Counted from the stretch's first letter, positions 1 to 13,215 are shown. The stretch is DNA of 59,411 nt from Malacoraja senta (GCA_038087875.1 JAXLNO010000189.1:62001-121411); one strand, 5' to 3'. Made by a program: numbers and translations. Notes: generated from the sequence alone by a model not told the origin.

Positions 1-375
1 TGCAAGGCAGCGCCGCCACTTCCGGAAGTGGCTATGTTAATTCGCATTAAATTCAATTACTATTACTATGTTAATTCAGTTGTTTCTGTGTTAGTATAGG
101 ATTAGTATAGGGTTAAAATTTTGAAAGACTTTAATTCAAAAAAATTATTTTCAACTCTGTTTGTATCACGTTCTCCATTCAGCCACGCACTTGTTATTCC
201 ATCTTTCACTCAAATTGGAACAAAAAATGTCCTTGAAAGATAAAATGTCTAGAAGCCAGCACATGGAGAAGCTCCGCCATCTTAGTCTTTTTAAAAAGTC
301 ATCTTTATCAGCTTCCCCTCTGCCGATATCTGTGGAATAAAAGCCTTGTCTTTGCAGACGTGATGATGTGCTTAA

Positions 376-1401
376 TCAGCTATCTCTTTTAAAATGTCTT
401 GAGCGTGTTTGTAAGCTGCCTCTGGTTCGATGAAGTTCGATACCATTGTAGGTGATCCTCATTTTAGCCGGATATATGATCCCATATCTGATCTTTTGAT
501 TTCCTTTCAAGATCTGTCGTGTATTTGAAAACAATTCTCGTTTTTTGGCGATTTCATAAGGATAATCTCTGAATAGTTTGATGGTATCAGACCCAAACAT
601 CATATTCTTTCCGTATTGGATTTTTTTCATAACATCTTCCAAAGCTGAAATGTCACGAAATTTCACAATAATCTGTCGTGGGGAGGCTCCTGACTTTGAT
701 TGTGCTCTTGATTTTGCTCTTTGCACCCGATGTGCCACTTCTATTTTCGGTTCGACAGACAGGTCGAGTATATGTTTAAGTAAGTTGGGAGCGAACTCAC
801 GAGGCTCACTCCCCTCCTTTCCCTCTGTCACTCCAACTATTCTTAAATTCTGCCGTCTTTAACGTGCTTCCAAATCAAGGCATTTGTCAGACATTTTAGC
901 CAACTGCCCCACGACACGCTCCTGATCCTTCTTCATTCTCTGCATATCTTCAGACATTTGTACCATAGCTGATTCCATATCTTTCATAGCAGTCCGATAT
1001 GATGTAACAGTTTGGAGAACAGAATCAAACTTATTCGTGCAATCTTCTTCCACCCGATCAATTTTCACAGTTAATGCACCTTGCACATCATCAATTCGTT
1101 TATTTAAATTGACAATTGAATCAATAACTTTCTGATTCCCAATGGTCATGCTCTCCAACATACTTTTATTCCCAGCCAGAATCTCAATTTTTAAGTCTCT
1201 TACCAAGTTCTTTATATCCTCCAACTCTTTATCATTTGTAGCCTTTTCAGCCATTTAAGCCTTTGCCCTTGTAGCCATTTCAGAGGCTAATTCAGAAGTT
1301 AATTCTTCAGATTCTTCAGTTTCTTCAGATGTTGGCTGATTTTTCAAAAGACGTTTTGTGACAGATCTCTGAGGGCTTTGGCCAGGAATCACTTTTTTCA
1401 T
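376..1401 (-). pseudogene. L1 ORF1p (coiled coil + RRM + CTD), disrupted
   Basis: ATG at 1401 is in frame with ORFs 859-1254 and 376-831 across two TAA stops; motifs LEAR*RRQNLRIVGVTEG, IEVAHRV, PRQIIVKF, LFRDYP, IIYPAKMRI. Confidence 0.9.
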
Positions 1402-1896
1402 TTAAAAGTACTTTAAACCACCGTTATTTTTGCGGCGATTTCTCATGATGTCATCAGCGCGACGTCAAACAGCTCCGGTAAGTTTTTCAAATCGGTCCCG
1501 TCTTCCAAACCGTTTTTTTACGCGAAATATCGCTAATTTCGGGAGCGGAGCTAAATGCTGCGCATGTTCAGTGTATCATGGCGCCACCGGAATTCATTGT
1601 ACCATTATATTGAACCATTATATTGATTGACCCCCCGGGGAGGGGGAAGGGGGGGGCTAAATATAAGGAAATAGATTAATAACAGACTAAAAAAAACGAA
1701 TTCGATAATATACTAGGCTTCAGTTCCAGTTATGCTTGGGAGGAGGTGAGGAGATTCAGAACCTTGGCAAACAGCCAGGAGTCTGACTCTGGTTAACCCC
1801 TTCCAACCAGCAGGTGATTATTACTGGGGGGAGCTAATGTAAAATCTGTTAGCATCGGTAAATGGTAGATAAGTTGAAGACTTATTTAGATAAGAC

Positions 1897-1901
<5 letters not shown>

Positions 1902-1951
<50 letters not shown>
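1902..1951. repeat. (TA)n microsatellite in L1 inter-ORF spacer
   Basis: About 25 perfect TA units. Confidence 0.98.
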
Positions 1952-1952
<1 letters not shown>

Positions 1953-2300
1953 TGTAATTGTGATATATATAACTCGGCTTTGAATTTTTGCAAGATTTTT
2001 GCAAGATTATTCAAGGGAGCGGAGCTAAATGTAGATTAACAACAACGGAAGTCAATAAATGTGTAACTACCACCATTAGGTGGATAATTTGTTACAGTGT
2101 CGTTATTTTTAGACACTGTAATATCACTTTTTAAATTATTTTTTTGTGTCACAATATTTCACTTTTTTTTTTTTTTTGTTCAAGGACAATTCTAAAAGGG
2201 ATGTACCAACAGAATTTAATAGCGCAAATGCTCCCCCAACATCCAGAGACCTGAGGTATTGGTTGCACCATATGACTCAAAGGTATTAAAATAATTAAAA

Positions 2301-5300
2301 ATGCAAGATGATAAACAAAAGAAATTTGGAGGAATCACATTTTGCAGTTGGAACATAAGGGGTGCTAACGAACCTATTAAAAGGGGTAAGATTTTTGCAC
2401 AACAGAAGTCGCTCAATTCGGACATAATCTTTTTACAAGGAACTCATCTGAAATTGCAAGCTCAGACTAGATTGAAGGCAAATTGGATAGGCCAAACATA
2501 TCAATCTTCATATATCTCCAAATCTAGAGGAACGGCAATTATTATTTGCAAAGGTATACCATTTAAATCAAAGAATATCATAATAGATAAGGAAGGGAGA
2601 TATCTCATAGTTACCGGAGAGATTCATGCTACTCCAATCACCTTGGTAAATATTTATGCGCCTAATTTTGATATTCCCCAATTTTTTAATAAAATCCTGA
2701 ATATAATTTCAGAGTTTAATTATCAAAACGTGATAATTGGGGGAGACTTTAACTGCGTTTTAGATCTGTACCTTGATAAATCTTCACAACAAAACAGGGG
2801 TAACACAAAATCTAAAACTAGGGAAATCCTAAATACATACATAAAATATACAAATACAACAGATGTCTGGAGGATTACTAACCCTGCTGGAAGGGAATAC
2901 TCGTTTTATTCAATGGTACACAAAACCTACTCATGTATCGACTATTTTCTAGTGGACACAAAATTAATTCCCTATACAATTAACCCAAAATATCACAACA
3001 GCACTATTTCTGATCACTCCCAGTTAACTTTTTTTTTTTAACTCAAAGGAATGCCTAATAAAAAATCATTTTGGAGGTTTAATCCTCAAATCCTAAATGA
3101 TCCACAAGGTGGTATATATTTAAAACAACAGATGGAACTTTTTTTCGAGACTAATGACACCCCAGATACTTCACCAACTTTACTATGGGAATCTTTTAAA
3201 GCATTTATCAGAGGATCTATAATCTCATATCAAGCTTTTCTAAATAAAAAGAATAAGAACGAACAAAGGCAGTTAGAAGAACGAATTAGACAACTGGATC
3301 TAGGTAACGCTAAAGAGCCAACTATAGATAAATATAATAAACTAACAATATTGAAATTTAAATTAAATAAAATAATATCAGCAAATGTTATAAGATTATT
3401 TCAAATTACAAAACAGGAAAATTTTGAATTTGGGGATAAACCGCATAAACTTTTGGCACGTCATTTGAAAAAACGGGAAAAAGATCATACGATTTTAAAG
3501 ATTAAATCAGATAAAGGTGAATTGTTAACACTACCTAATGATATTAATAAAAGATTTGCCCAATTTTATCAACATTTATATACATCTAAAATGTTAGCAG
3601 ATAGTACTAAAGTTATAGAGTTCTTGGATAATTGTAATCTCCCAAAACTTAATTTGATCGAACAAGAGGAATTAGGAATACAAATCTCAATTAAGGAAAT
3701 AGAAGAAACAATAAGCTCACTAAAGAATGGAAAAACACCAGGACCAGATGGATTTAGTAATGAATTTTATAAAAGATTTTATGAGATAATTACACCACGG
3801 TTACATAAAATGTATACATATGCTTTCAAAGAACAAACACTACCAGAAACATTAGCGGAATCAACGATTACACTTATACCTAAAAAAGATAAAGATTTAG
3901 AAGACCCGGGTTCATACAGAGCTATTACGCTGTTAAATACAGATTAAAAAATACCAGCGAAAACATTAGCTAGAAGATTAAGTAAATATGTTAGTAAATT
4001 AATAAATGCGGATCAAACGGGGTTTATACCCAAGAGATACTCATGCAATAATCTGAGACGTCTGTTTAATATAATACATTCATATAAAACTGAAGAACAA
4101 GACTTATCAATTATTTCATTGGATGCAGAAAAAGCATTCGATCAAGTGGAATGGGACTACCTTGTTAAAGTATTGCAAAAATTTCAAATGGGAGAGAATT
4201 TTATCTCATGGGTAAAACTATTATATGACAGGCCCACTGCTAGAATATTAACTAATAACATATTGTCCCCGAAATTTCAATTATCAAGGGGCAATAGACA
4301 GGGATGTTCACTACCACCTCTACTATTTGCTCTTGTAATAGAACCTTTAGCTGAAAGCATTAGAACATCCGAATATCCATGGTTATAATACAAAATACTC
4401 AAATAATAAAATATCATTATACGCAGATGATGTACTACTTTACATCACAAAATCACAAATCAGTATACCAAATATATTAAATCTAATAGAGGAATTTGGA
4501 TCCTTTTCAGGATATAGAATAAATTGGAATAAAAGTGAAATTATGACGATAAAACCTCAAGACTCAACACACCTGTTAAAATTCCCTTTTAAAATTGCTT
4601 CAGAAAAATTTAAATATTTGGGAATTGAAATTACTAGAAAATATAAATCTTTATTTAATGCAAACTATATGCCCCTACTTAATAAATTAAACGCCCTGAT
4701 TAAATTTTGGAAAACTCTTCCGATGTCTCTAATAGGCCGAATAAATGCTATAAAAATGATCTTTCTACCACAAATTTTATATCTATTCCAATCAATACCA
4801 ATATACTTACCAAAAAAGTTTTTTTTTAAACTGGATGCCGATATCACCAATTTCATATGGGACTATAAATCCCATAGAATTCAAAGAAGACATTTGTGCA
4901 AACCTAAAGAATTTGGTGGATTAACACTCCCTAATTTTTTGTATTATTATTGGGCAGCAAATGTCACAAATGTGATTCACCTGTTGGACAACTCTGTCCA
5001 GCAGGTGGATTGGATAGTAATGGAGAGAGAGGATTGTTCCCCTTTTAATATAGGAGCGATCCTTCTCTCACCAACAAAATTGAATAATACAATATATAGT
5101 AAAAATCCAATTATTCATAGTACAATTAGAATTTGGAAACAAATAAAATTAACTTTAAAATTAAGAAACCTATCGCTTCTCTCACCAATAGTTAATAATC
5201 CGTCATTTAAACCATCTATTATAGATAAAACATTTACATACTGGGATAGAATAGGAATTAAAACGTTTGGAAATTTTTTATCATTTCACCAACTACAACT

Positions 5301-6070
5301 TAAATACAATCTGAGAAGTAATCAATATTTTAAATATTTTCAAATCCGTGACTATTTGAAAAAATATACACAAGAATATCAAAATTTGTCTCCAGACCTA
5401 TTAGATGATGCAATGAATATAAAGGCGGAATCAACTAATTTAATATCATACTTGTATAATATCATCCTAAATATAGAAATACCATCATCTGATAGAATTA
5501 GAAGAGATTGGGAACAAGAACTAGCTATAAAAATCTCGAAAGAGATTTGGGATGAACACTTGCTATATGTGCACAAATGCTCGATTAATGTAAGACATAT
5601 TCTAATCCAATTTAAAACTTTACATACACTATATTACTCAAAAACTAAAATAAGTAAATTGTATCCAAATGTCTCTTCCACCTGTGATAAATCTCTATCC
5701 CAAGAAGCAATTATAGCACATTCTTTTGTTTTTTGTATAAAAATCCAAAAATTTTGGAATGAAATCTTTGAAATTTTTACGAAATTATTTAAAATAAAAC
5801 TGAAACCGAACGCAGAACTGATTATTTTTGGAACAATGGAAGCCAGCTTTGAGCTGACTTCGTTCCAAAAGAGCTTCCTTAATTACGGCTTAATAATGGC
5901 AAAAAAACATACTTAAACTCTGGAAAAACGCTCCCACATCAACAATAAAAATGTGGATTTCTAATATGTCCGAACTGTTACACCTGGAAGACATGAGATT
6001 CCTCTTAGCAGGCAAATCAGAACATTTCCAAAAGATTTGGTCTCCATTTATCGACTTATTACAAGCATAG
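2301..6070 (+). pseudogene. L1 ORF2p (APE endonuclease, RT, C-terminal domain), frameshifted/stopped
   Basis: SWNIRG, NIYAPN, IGGDFN, IDYFL, SDH; PGPDGF, LDAEKAFD, RQGCSL, YADD near 4420, FKYLGI. Confidence 0.95.
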
Positions 6071-7031
6071 GGTGCAACATAACTTTGAAAATAAATGGTT
6101 TCAGGACCTGGTGAGGGGTGTGTAAAGATACGAAGTAGGTACATCCCTTTTATCTTATCTTATCTTACTTTCTTCTGTTCTCTATTTTTTTCTTTCTTTT
6201 TCTTTGATTTTCTTTTAACTCTTTCTTGTGGTTTATGTCCCTACGGGTTTCTCTGGACCACTCTTTCACGCACTCACTATCTTCTCTAACTCTTTCTATT
6301 TTTCTTCTTTTTAAAGTTTAAAATAAGAAGTGGTACAAGAAATGTATTATGTTATTTTTGGTTGATATCACGGCAATGTACAATACTTCTAATAAATAAA
6401 AAGTTTTTTTTTTTTTTAAAGAATAATTTCTATGTGGATGATTGTTTAAAATCCATGTCTACGGATGAAGAAGCAATTCAAATGATGAATTATCTGGCTG
6501 TAATTAGGGAGGATTCATGTTATCCAAGTGGATCAGCAACAGCCGTGCTGTATTGGAAAGCATTCCACTAGATGACAGAGCCAAGGAGACCAGGGAGTTG
6601 GGATTTCAAATCTCTGGTAAAGATCCAGAAATTAAACGAAACATCACAATGAATGTTATCATTGAGGATTCATCGAACAGAACAAATGACTTAATTACCC
6701 ATTTCTCATCATGGAATAAATTAATGATGACTGTGGTGACTTGGTTTCTTAAAGCTAAAACAAAGTTATTGCTGTTTGCTCGAAAAAGGAAAGAGATTGC
6801 TGAAGGCATCTTTGAAGAAGATCCTGGTAAACTAAAGGAAAAGATTGAAAAGAAGATGCAAGTCTTTAAGGCATCGTACCGCGTACAGGGATTACATCTT
6901 GAGGATATTCTCAGAGCAGAAAACGCAATTATCTCTTTCTGTCAAAGACAAAGATACAAAGAGATATTGACGTTAGAAGCTGGAGTACCTGGTGTTAAAA
7001 GGGACAGACATTTGTACAAGTTTGATCCGGT

Positions 7032-7723
7032 ATGAAAGTAAGCATGCAGGTACAGGAGGCAGTGAAGAAAGCGAATGGCATGTTGGCCTTTATAACAAGA
7101 GGAATCGAATATAGGAGCAAAGAGGTCCTTCTGCAGTTGTACAGAGCCCTAGTGAGATCACACCTGGACTATTGTGTGCAGTTTTGGTCCCCTAATTTGA
7201 GGAAGGACATTCTTGCTATTGAGGGAGTGCAGCGTAGGTTTACAAGGTTAATTCCCGGGATGGCAGGACGGTCATATGCTGAGAGAATGGAGCAGCTGGG
7301 CTTGTACACTCTGGAGTTTAGAAGGATGAGAGGGAATCTCATTGAAACATATAAGATTGTTAAGGGCTTGGACACGCTAGAGGCAGGAAACATATTCCCG
7401 ATGAAGGGGGAGTCCAGAACCAGGGGCCACAGTTTAAGAATAAGGAGTAAGCCATTTAGAACGGAGACGAGGAAACACTTTTTCTCACAGAGAGAGGTGA
7501 GTCTGTGGAATTCTCTGCCTCAGAGGGCGGTGGACGCAGGTTCTCTGGATGCTTTCAAGAGAGAGCTAGATAGGGCTCTTAAAAATAGTGGAGTCAGGGG
7601 ATATGGGGAGAAGGCAGGAACGGGGTACTGATTGGAAATGATCAGCAATGATCATATTGAATGGCGGTGCTGGCTCGAAGGGCCGAATGGCCTACTCCTG
7701 CACCTATTGTCTATTGTCTATTG
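7032..7723 (+). mobile_element. CR1 LINE, 5'-truncated, (CTATTGT)n tail
   Basis: LVRSHLDYCVQFWSP, RTRGHSLRI, WNSLP; CR1 3'UTR and tail. Confidence 0.95.
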
Positions 7724-8477
7724 ACTGCATCAAAGGAACACGTGATTGCAATCAGTCAGCTCCAGTATGCGGCTTCCCAAAGTGCAGGGATGAAGGAGCT
7801 CCGACAGTTCTGCAGATTAATCTTTCATAGCCTTGTAACGAGCATCTAGCTGTCCAGGCTTGCTGAATGCCCAGAGGTGCTTTGTAGCTGTGTATTTGCA
7901 TAATAGAGCAATTAAATTTAGTAAGGAGTTAAGAAGTTGGACTTGCATCATAAAACCTGGTGTAATATCTTCCCAGTTTAATCTCTTCTGTCAGTCGCTG
8001 TTCTCTGAATAAAGTCAGCTATGGTCAGTGACAGAGCATTGAAATATTTTTGTACAGACAGCTGTTGCTGTTGGTGTGAAGTGGAACATGGTTTTAATGG
8101 ATGAAAAATTCACTGAACTTGTCCTGTCCCCTGCCATAATATCCACAATAGACAGGAATAATACAAATGGCTATTTTAAACATTTTGGAGAATCTCTGTG
8201 GAAATTTCAGGCAATTAATTTTAATGGGAAGCGTTTAGTGAGAGTATGATTGCGGTGAAGGAAACTTAGTAACAGGTTTACGTATAATTGTGGTTTAATA
8301 TGAAACAGCCCTGCTCTATCTCTGCAAAATGGATTTTGCCAACCTGCAATTTTAGGCAGGCTATTAGTAAAAATGTGTAAAAGGAAATTGAGCAGAATTT
8401 GTGAAGCTGGCAACAATCTTGAGCTTTATATTTTGTTTCGTACAGACTTTGTATTTTTGAAGTAATGCAAACTCTGA

Positions 8478-8565
8478 TTGGGGTACTGATTGGGGATGAT
8501 CAGCCATGATCACATTGAATGGCTCGAAGGGCCAAATGGCCTACTCCTGCACCTATTGTCTATTG
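8478..8565 (+). mobile_element. CR1 3'-terminal fragment (second tail of the composite insert)
   Basis: Matches the last 100 nt of the 7032-7723 copy with a 9-nt deletion. Confidence 0.9.
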
Positions 8566-9939
8566 GTACTGGAAGAAGGACTTCTGAGAATAGGCGGTCG
8601 CCTGAATAGACTAGCAATGCCTGAAGAGGCTAAGAATCCTATTATTCTCTTGAAGGACTTTCATATTTCAACGTTATTGTTAAGACATACTCATGAACGG
8701 ATTGGACATGGAGGAAGGAACCACATGCTGTCACAACTTTGCAATAAATATTGGATTATCAAAGTTAATTCTGCTGCAAGAAAGATAATAAAAAAATTTG
8801 TTGTGTGCAGATGACAGAGGGGAAAAGTTGGCGAACAGAAGATGGCGAACAGAAGATGGCGGACACCTCTGGAGTGGATTCAACCTTATAATCCTCCATT
8901 TACAGATGTAGGACTAGATTACTTCGGTCCTATAGAGGTCAAGAGAGGACAAAGTCTTGTGAAAATGTATGGTGTAATCTTCACTAGCATGGCAAGCAGA
9001 GCAGTACATCTTTAAGTTGCATCTACACTTGACACAGACTTCTGTATTCACGCATTACGGAGATTTATCTGTCGACGAGGTAAATTTTCATCATTAAGAT
9101 CAGATAATGGTACGAATTTTGTTGGAGCCGAAAGGGAATTGAGAGAAGCACTTAACAGCTTAAATCAGAAGAAAATCCAGAGTGCAATGCATCAGAATGG
9201 GATAAAATGGGATTTTAATCCTTCAGCGGGATCTCATCACGGTGGTGTTTGGGAACGGTTGAACCGCATGGTTCGAAATGTGTTACATTCTGTTCATAAA
9301 CAACAAGTTTTGGACGATGAAGGATTGCAAACTTTATTTTGTGAAATTGAAACAATTTTAAATGATCGACCCATTACAAAGTGTTCTGATGATCCAGGTG
9401 ACCTGGAAGCACTTACACCAAATCATATTCCTTTGTTGAAAACCAAGGCAATACTACCACCTGGGTTCATTGTAAAAGAAGATTTGTATATGAGACGCAG
9501 ATGGAGACAGGTACAATATATGGCAGATCTTTTTTGGAAAAGGTGGACACAAGAATATTTGCCTCTAATCCAAGAATGACAACAATGGTTGAAAGTGAGA
9601 AGAATTTTTATTCCAGGTGATATCGTTTTGATGGTTGATTCTACTGCACCACGATATTCTTGATGATGGGAAAATATTGGAAATCATGCCGGACGTTAAA
9701 GGTTTGGAGCATACAGTACGACTTCAGACTAAGAACAATGTCTTGGTGAGACCGATAACCAAGATATGTCTGCTTCTCGAAGGCGAAGGTGAAGATGGAA
9801 GAATCGCTAAAGAAGTCTGAATGCTAAATATAATGCATATTACTTTTGTTTTTTGATATATGTTAAGCCTATATAACTCCTTTTTTAATGTCTATTGGTA
9901 ATTGCTTCATTATATACATAGAACAATTAGGGGCCGGTA

Positions 9940-10352
9940 CATAGGAGCCATTAGGCTTAAGTCAGTTTATTACATTCATGACTAGTTACCTTTAATTCGT
10001 ATCTGTATGTATGCTTGTCAGTAGAATTTAATACATAGAGGGGTGTAGCTATATCTGAAGGGGCTAGCGCAGGCTCGTTAATTTAGTTTCAGTTTACCTC
10101 ATGGGATTGTGTGAATACCAGTTTTCACCATGAGCTGAGCTGAGAGCTATGAGTCACAGGCATGATTATGGGCCAAGAGCAAGTTTTCAATATATATATG
10201 ATTGGAACAGCTATGAAGAACGGAAAGTGATGGACTATATCATTGTTTTGTATTACTTTAATAATAACCAATTAATCACGATTGGAAGACTTATTTTTAC
10301 TATCAGAGGGAGCTCGGTGAGTGTGTGAACTATATCTCCACAACATCCTACA
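9940..10352 (+). repeat. BEL/Pao 3' LTR (about 413 bp)
   Basis: Follows purine tract AATTAGGGGCCGG; begins (ca)TAGGA and ends TCCTACA (terminal inverted repeat). Confidence 0.65.
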
Positions 10353-10395
10353 AGAAATTATGACTATCAAGGTTGGACCTTGAGAACGTTAGTAA

Positions 10396-11912
10396 AACCA
10401 TATAACCATATAACAATTACAGCATGGAAACAGGCCATCTCGGCCCTTCTAGTCCGTGCCGAACACTTACTCTCACCTAGTCCCATCTACCTGCACTCAG
10501 ACCATAACCCTCCAATCCTTTCCCGTCCATATATATATCCAATTTATTTTTAAATGATAAAATCGAACCTTTCTCCACCACTTCCACTGGAAGCTCATTC
10601 CACACAGCTACCACTCTCTGAGTAAAGAAGTTTCCCCTCATGTTTTCCATAAACTATTGTCCCTTAATTCTCAAATCATGTCCTCTTGTTTGAATCTTCT
10701 CTACTTTCAATGGAAAAAGCTTATCCACGTCAACTCTGTCTATCCCTCTCATAATTTTAAAGACCTCTATCAAGTCCCCCCTTAACCTTCTGCGCTCCAA
10801 AGAATAAAGACCTAACTTGTTCAGCCTTTCTCTGTAACTTAGGTGCTGAAACCCAGGCAACATTCTGGTTCTGGTTTCTCCATCTGCCATCTTTCAGCCC
10901 AATCTTCCAAATGGCCTAAATCTCTCTGTAGACTTTGAAAATCCACTTCATTATCCACACCACCTATCTTAGTATCATCTGCATACTTACTAATCCAATT
11001 TACCACACCATCATCCAGATCATTGATGTATGTGACAAACAACAGTGGACCCAACACAGACCCCTGAGGCACCCCACTAGTCACCGGCCTCCAACCTGAC
11101 AAACAGCCATCCACCATTACTATCTGGTATCTCCCATTCAGCCACTGTTGAATCCATCTTGTTACTCCACTATTAATACCCAACAATTGAACCTTCTTAA
11201 CCAACCTTCCATGTGGAATCTTGTCAAAGGCCTTACTGAAGTCCATATAGACAACATCCACCACTTTACCCTCATCAATTTCCCTAGTAACCTCTTCAAA
11301 AAATTCAAGAAGATTAGTCAAACATGACCTTCCAGGCACAAATCCATGTTGACTGTTCCTAATCAGACCCTGTTTATCCAGATGATTATATATATTATCT
11401 CTAAGTATCCTTTCCATTAATTTGCCCACCACTGACGTCAAACTAACAGGTCTATAATTGCTAGGTTTACTCTTAGAACCCTTTTTAAACAATGGAACAA
11501 CATGCGCAGTACGCCAATCCTCCGGCACCATTCCCGTTTCTAATGACATTTGAAATATTTCTGTCATAGCCCCTGCTATTTCTACACTAACTTCCCTCAA
11601 TGTCCTAGGGAATATCCTGTCAGGACCTGGAGACTTATCCACATTTATATTTTTCAAAAGTATCAGTATTTCCTCTTCTTTGATCCTCATAGTTTCCATA
11701 GCTACTCTACTTGATTCCCTTACTTCACATAATTCAGTATCCTTCTCCTTGGTGAATACCGAAGAAAATAAAGTGTTCAATATCTCCCCCATCTCTTTTG
11801 GCTCTGCAGATAGCTGTCCACTCTCTAATGGACCAATTTTATCCCTCGTTATCCTTTTGCTATTAATATAGCTGTAGAAACCCTTTGGATTTACTTTCAC
11901 CTTACTTGCCAA
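10396..11912 (-). mobile_element. CR1 LINE, truncated, internal deletion at about 10870
   Basis: [42 protein letters not shown]; (ATATGGTT)n tail. Confidence 0.95.
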
Positions 11913-12005
11913 CGTTACAAACATGCTATTCAGTTAGATCATAAGATACATATTTATAACTTTCCCTCCATCAAAAATTATTTTATTATTCAAAAAGCTA
12001 CTTAC

Positions 12006-12127
12006 CGGGCAAAAACTCCGTAATGTACGTTTCAGAAAGTGTTCTTATCACTTCTTGCTGGTCTGATTCAATGTCTGGGAAATTTGTGTTGGAGGCTACT
12101 TCAAGTGCTAGAATAATGCTCCCATTA
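12006..12127 (-). CDS. ADGRF5: ADGRF5-like coding exon 7 (SEA domain C-terminal part: NGSIILALEV...EFLP)
   Basis: ctttag acceptor, gtaagt donor, 122 nt, phase 2 to 1, joins the upstream exon to give LGYANGSII. Confidence 0.88.
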
Positions 12128-12532
12128 CTAAAGTAGTAAAGGCCAAAAAAATAAATGATTAAAACAGGCATAAGGCAATTCAGACAAACAGACAATTGCT
12201 AGTGCAACTAAAAAAGATTTTACTGCCTTTGTTTGGAGAAACTTAGACAAAATTAGAGCCTGGTTTGTCTTTTACAAGGTGCAAAACGTAAAACTGGAGG
12301 CAGACCAGATGTACTCTTCCAGTGTTTAGTGGCGCATTGGTAACAGAGATTTACAGTTTACATGTTTATGTGCACACATCATGAGAAAATATCAAAAGAC
12401 ATTCATTTTTATCCCAACAATGTTGAGTGCTAAGATCCTTGTTAACTTCAGGCATCCAGGAAAGAATTAAAAGACAGAAAATAATTTGAATCTAAACAAT
12501 AGTAAAGGTGCCTGTTTGACTTTTACTTTCAC

Positions 12533-12900
12533 TTCAAGATTCAAGAGTGTTCATTTGTCATGTGCAACTGATCCGAACCAGAACAATGAAATTCTTACTT
12601 ATTGTAGCTCTATGCACATTAGACGCATCTATAACCACAATAAATATACTATAAATTATCAGTAACTATATCAGTAAAGATATTATAAATTATAAGTATC
12701 TAGACCATAATGCAAAAATCAAAGTAAATGGTGTAATCATAGTAGTGAATAGTCTATCGTGGTTCAGTAGGCTTGAGGTGGGGAATGGTTAGGATTGTGC
12801 AGAGATGTTCAAGAGCCGGATGGTTGATGGGAAGAAGCTGTTCTTGAACCTGGATGTACTGTTCTCAGGTTCTAGACCTTCTCTTGATGGTAACAACAAG
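12533..12900 (-). mobile_element. Rex1/Babar-like LINE 3' remnant, old
   Basis: Reverse strand encodes RFKNSFFP; (TCTTGA)-type tail. Confidence 0.55.
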
Positions 12901-12913
12901 AGGTAGAGGTTTA

Positions 12914-13215
12914 GACCTTCAGCCCAGAGACATTAGGTTAGACGAACTAGGTACCAATGTCTGACTATGGGAGTGTATAGGGGGTCACCTGAAATGAACG
13001 GAATTGGGAGTCTGCCAGGTACCACCTGGGGGACCCTCCAAGGGGCCAAAAAATGGGTGCTAAATAGATGAGTGATGTACCACTTAAATCCACTACCATG
13101 GTGTGCTCACTGCCATGCCTATATCAACAATACAAACGGCAGACATTTTTCCCGCTGCAAAAAGCCCGCCAGACCCCTAACATAGTCAGACATTGCTATC
13201 TCTGGGCTGAAGGTC
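12914..13215. mobile_element. MITE-like element (about 300 bp) with terminal inverted repeats
   Basis: Perfect 17-bp IR gaccttcagcccagaga (12914-12930 / 13199-13215) and inner 15-bp IR (12955-12969 / 13181-13195). Confidence 0.7.

Larger units (their letters stand above)
1..6403 (+). mobile_element. L1 LINE (copy a), near full length, 5'-inverted (5'UTR + ORF1 on minus, spacer + ORF2 + 3'UTR on plus); left end outside window; inserted in BEL/Pao pol
   Basis: Minus-strand L1 ORF1 motifs, plus-strand APE/RT/C-terminal domains, AATAAA at about 6391-6400, BEL RT sequence resumes at about 6418. Confidence 0.9.
6418..10352 (+). mobile_element. BEL/Pao LTR retrotransposon, 3' part (RT remnant, integrase, PPT, 3' LTR), internally deleted and interrupted
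   Basis: NNFYVDDCL, LSKWISNS, GLLRIGGRL, HERIGHGG, GLDYFGP, SDNGTNFVGA, HHGGVWERL, LTPNH, FWKRWTQEYL, RPITKIC; the RNaseH/Pao region appears missing at about 6600. Confidence 0.92.

Noticed and set aside
6391..6420. Poly-T instead of poly-A at the L1-a 3' end
   Set aside because: A simple-run expansion in a T/A-rich terminus is enough to explain it; cannot be evaluated without the left TSD.
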